In this document: positions 61,020 through 64,000 of the stretch, one piece after another
Numbering within the stretch: the first letter of the stretch is position 1
Layout: the number at the start of each line of letters is the position of its first letter
DNA from: Heterodontus francisci
Taxonomy: Eukaryota
Assembly (NCBI RefSeq): GCF_036365525.1
Contig: NC_090398.1
Coordinates: 65,332,369-65,396,368, forward strand
Direction: 5' to 3'
DNA length: 64,000 nt
Notes under the pieces: model-generated
Database searches by the model: none
The model's input: only the letters and a program-made list of their open reading frames with translations
What the model was told of the DNA's origin: nothing
Translations under genes and position numbers: made by a program

Positions 61020-63830
61020 ATGGTTACAAGGACGCAAGAGGGCACTGGCAAGCAAGAACCTGGTTTAAAGTGTGTCTATTTCAACGCCAGGAGCATCCGG
61101 AATAAGGTGGGTGAGCTTGCAGCATGGGTTGGTACCTGGGATCTCGATGTAGTGGCCATTTCGGAGACATGGGTAGAGCAGGGGCAGGAATGGATGTTGC
61201 AGATTCCGGGATTTAGATGTTTCAGTAAGAACAGAGAAGATGGTAAAAGAGGGGGGGGCGGTGTGGCATTGTTAATCAAGGAGAGTATAACAGCGACAGA
61301 AAGGACGTTTGAGGACTCGGCTACTGAGGTAGTATGGGCTGAGGTTAGAAACAGGAGAGGTGAGGTTACCCTGTTGGGAGTCTTTTATAGACCTCCGAAT
61401 AGTTCCAGAGATGTAGAGGAAAGGATAGCGAAGATGATTCTCGACAGGGGCGAGAGTAACAGGGTAGTTGTTATGGGGGACTTTAACTTTCCAAATATCG
61501 ACTGGAAATACTATAGTTCGAGTACTTTAGATGGGTCAGTTTTTGTCCAGTGTGTGCAGGAGGGTTTTCTGACACAGTATGTAGACAGGCCAAACAGGGG
61601 CGATGCCACATTGGATTTGGTACTGGGAAATGAACCCGGCCAGGTGTTAGATTTAGATGTAGGTGAGCACTTTGGTGAGAGTGATCACAATTCGGTTAGG
61701 TTTACCTTAGCGATGGGCAGGGACAGGTATATACCGCAGGGCAAGAATTATAACTGGGGGAAAGGAAATTATGATGCGATTAGGCAAGATTTAGGATGTG
61801 TAGGATGGGGAAGGAAACTGCAGGGGATGGGAACAATCGAAATGTGGAGCTTATTCAAGGAGCAGCTACTGCGTGTCCTTGATAAGTATGTACCTGTGAG
61901 GCAGGAAGGAAGTTGTCGTGCGAGGGAGCCGTGGTTTACGAAAGAAGTTGAAGCACTTGTCAAGAGGAAGAAGAAGGCTTATGTTAGGATGAGACGTGAA
62001 GGCTCAGTTAGGGCGCTTGAGAGCTACAAGCTAGCCAGGAAGGATCTAAAGGGAGAGCTAAGAAGAGCAAGGAGAGGACACGAGAAGTCATTGGTGGATC
62101 GGATCAGGGAAATCCCTAAGGCTTTCTATAGGTATATCAGGAATAAAAGAATGACTAGAGTTAGATTAGGGCCAATCAAGGATAGTAGTGGGAAGTTGTG
62201 TGTGGAATCAGAGGAGATAGGGGAAGTGTTAAATGAATATTTTGCGTCAGTATTTACAGTAGAGAAAGAAAATGTTGTTGAGAATACTGAGATTCAGGCT
62301 ACGAGGCTAGATGGGATTGAGGTTCACAAGGAGGAGGTGTTAGCCATTTTGGAAAGTGTGAAAATAGATAAGTCCCCTGGGCCAGATGGGATTTATCCTA
62401 GGATTCTCTGGGAAGCTAGGGAGGAGATTGCAGAGCCTTTGTCCTTGATCTTTATGTCGTCATTGTCGACAGGAATAGTGCCGGAAGACTGGAGGATTGC
62501 AAATGTTGTCCCCTTGTTCAAGAAGGGGAGTAGAGACAGCCCTGGTAATTATAGACCTGTGAGCCTTACTTCGGTTGTGGGTAAAATGTTGGAAAAGGTT
62601 ATAAGAGACAGGATTTATAATCATCTTGAAAAGAATAAGTACATTAGAGATAGTCAGCACGGTTTTGTGACGGGTAGGTCGTGCCTCACAAACCTTATTG
62701 AGTTTTTCGAGAAGGTGACCAAACAGGTGGATGAGGGTAAAGCAGTGGATGTGGTGTATATGGATTTCAGTAAGGCGTTTGATAAGGTTCCCCACGGTAG
62801 GCTATTGCAGAAAATACGCAAGTATGGGGTTGAAGGTGATTTAGAGCTTTGGATCAGAAATTGGCTAGCTGAAAGAAGACAGAGGGTGGTGGTTGATGGC
62901 AAATGTTCATCCTGGAGTTTAGTTACTAGTGGTGTACCGCAAGGATCTGTTTTGGGGCCACTGCTGTTTGTCATTTTTATAAATGACCTGGAAGAGGGTG
63001 TAGAAGGGTGGGTTAGTAAATTTGCAGATGACACTAAGGTCGGTGGAGTTGTGGATAGTGCCGAAGGATGTTGTCGGGTACAGAGAGACATAGATAGGCT
63101 GCAGAGCTGGGCTGAGAGATGGCAAATGGAGTTTAATGCGGAAAAGTGTGAGGTGATTCACTTTGGAAGGAGTAACAGGAATGCAGAGTACTGGGCTAAT
63201 GGGAGGATTCTTGGTACTGTAGATGAACAGAGAGATCTTGGTGTCCAGGTGCATAAATCCCTGAAGGTTGCTAACCAGGTTAATAGGGCTGTTAAGAAGG
63301 CATATGGTGTGTTAGCTTTTATTAGTAGGGGGGTCGAGTTTCGGAGCCACGAGGTCATGCTGCAGCTGTACAAAACTCTGGTGAGACCGCACCTGGAGTA
63401 TTGCGTGCAGTTCTGGTCACCGCATTATAGGAAGGATGTGGAAGCTATGGAAAGGGTGCAGAGGAGATTTACTAGGATGTTGCCTGGTATGGAGGGAAGG
63501 TCTTACGAGGAATGGCTGAGGGACTTGAGGTTGTTTTCGTTGGAGAGAAGGAGGAGGAGAGGTGACTTTATAGAGACATATAAGATAATCAGAGGGTTAG
63601 ATAGGGTGGATAGTGAGCGTCTTTTTCCTCGGATGGTGATGGCAAACACGAGGGGACATAGCTTCAAGTTGAGGGGTGATAGATATCGGACAGATGTGAG
63701 AGGTAGTTTCTTTACTCAGAGAGTAGTAAGGGCGTGGAACGCCCTGCCTGCAGCAGTAGTAGATTCGCCAACTTTAAGGGCATTTAAGTGGACTTTGGAT
63801 AGACACATGGATGAAAATGGAATAGTGTAG
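61020..63830 (+). CDS. CR1 ORF2p, uninterrupted endonuclease-reverse transcriptase (936 aa)
   Basis: ISETW, GDFNFP, SDH, DFSKAFD, GVPQGSVLGP and FADD all in one ORF. Confidence 0.95.
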   Translation: MVTRTQEGTGKQEPGLKCVYFNARSIRNKVGELAAWVGTWDLDVVAISETWVEQGQEWMLQIPGFRCFSKNREDGKRGGGGVALLIKESITATERTFEDSATEVVWAEVRNRRGEVTLLGVFYRPPNSSRDVEERIAKMILDRGESNRVVVMGDFNFPNIDWKYYSSSTLDGSVFVQCVQEGFLTQYVDRPNRGDATLDLVLGNEPGQVLDLDVGEHFGESDHNSVRFTLAMGRDRYIPQGKNYNWGKGNYDAIRQDLGCVGWGRKLQGMGTIEMWSLFKEQLLRVLDKYVPVRQEGSCRAREPWFTKEVEALVKRKKKAYVRMRREGSVRALESYKLARKDLKGELRRARRGHEKSLVDRIREIPKAFYRYIRNKRMTRVRLGPIKDSSGKLCVESEEIGEVLNEYFASVFTVEKENVVENTEIQATRLDGIEVHKEEVLAILESVKIDKSPGPDGIYPRILWEAREEIAEPLSLIFMSSLSTGIVPEDWRIANVVPLFKKGSRDSPGNYRPVSLTSVVGKMLEKVIRDRIYNHLEKNKYIRDSQHGFVTGRSCLTNLIEFFEKVTKQVDEGKAVDVVYMDFSKAFDKVPHGRLLQKIRKYGVEGDLELWIRNWLAERRQRVVVDGKCSSWSLVTSGVPQGSVLGPLLFVIFINDLEEGVEGWVSKFADDTKVGGVVDSAEGCCRVQRDIDRLQSWAERWQMEFNAEKCEVIHFGRSNRNAEYWANGRILGTVDEQRDLGVQVHKSLKVANQVNRAVKKAYGVLAFISRGVEFRSHEVMLQLYKTLVRPHLEYCVQFWSPHYRKDVEAMERVQRRFTRMLPGMEGRSYEEWLRDLRLFSLERRRRRGDFIETYKIIRGLDRVDSERLFPRMVMANTRGHSFKLRGDRYRTDVRGSFFTQRVVRAWNALPAAVVDSPTLRAFKWTLDRHMDENGIV

Positions 63831-63905
63831 GTCAGATGGTTTCACAGGGCGGCGCAACATCGAGGGCCGAAGGGCCTGTACTGCGCTGTAATGTTCTAAA
63901 TTCTA

Positions 63906-64000
63906 AATGATGAAGTGCAGCAGTACACAGCACAGAGACCTGCTGTGTAAGCGATGGAAAACCAACGTGATCTGTTGGGCTGGTGGAAAGAACACAGTGT
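63906..64000 (+). pseudogene. Continuation of the hAT transposase (start of the C-terminal dimerisation domain)
   Basis: DEVQQYTAQRPAV*AMENQRDLLGWWKEHS. Confidence 0.8.

Larger units (their letters stand above)
60471..63903 (+). mobile_element. Young 5'-truncated CR1 LINE inserted in the transposase
   Basis: Partial ORF1 esterase, intact ORF2, 3' stem-loop and (TTCTAA)n tail; TAAAT on both sides (60466-60470, 63904-63908). Confidence 0.95.

Overview
Vertebrate genomic DNA, very probably from a cartilaginous fish (inferred from HE1-like V-SINEs, CR1 families and Penelope-type termini typical of sharks). The window is a heavily rearranged, largely decayed replication-dependent histone cluster. 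Two direct copies of a ~6.5 kb unit (1-6470 and 42625-49355) carry H1(+), H4(+), H3(+), H2A(-), an emptied H2B-like locus(-) and a tRNA-Ser pseudogene. A third partial H3-H2A unit lies at ~29210-31380. Every histone copy carries a frameshift, nonsense, stop-loss, deletion or unusual substitution; only H1 (42778-43437) and two H3 copies keep normal-length ORFs. Between the units are nested inverted and direct segmental duplications, a full-length CR1 LINE with a 161-bp-monomer 5' UTR, a 5'-truncated CR1 with an intact ORF2, two decayed BED-finger hAT transposases behind a repeated NRF1/CRE CpG promoter module, SINEs, RTE fragments, Penelope-type terminal hairpins with hammerhead-ribozyme-like motifs, 40- and 41-bp satellites, tRNA-Gly pseudogenes and one assembly gap. 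All coordinates were read by eye; boundaries of decayed repeats are approximate.
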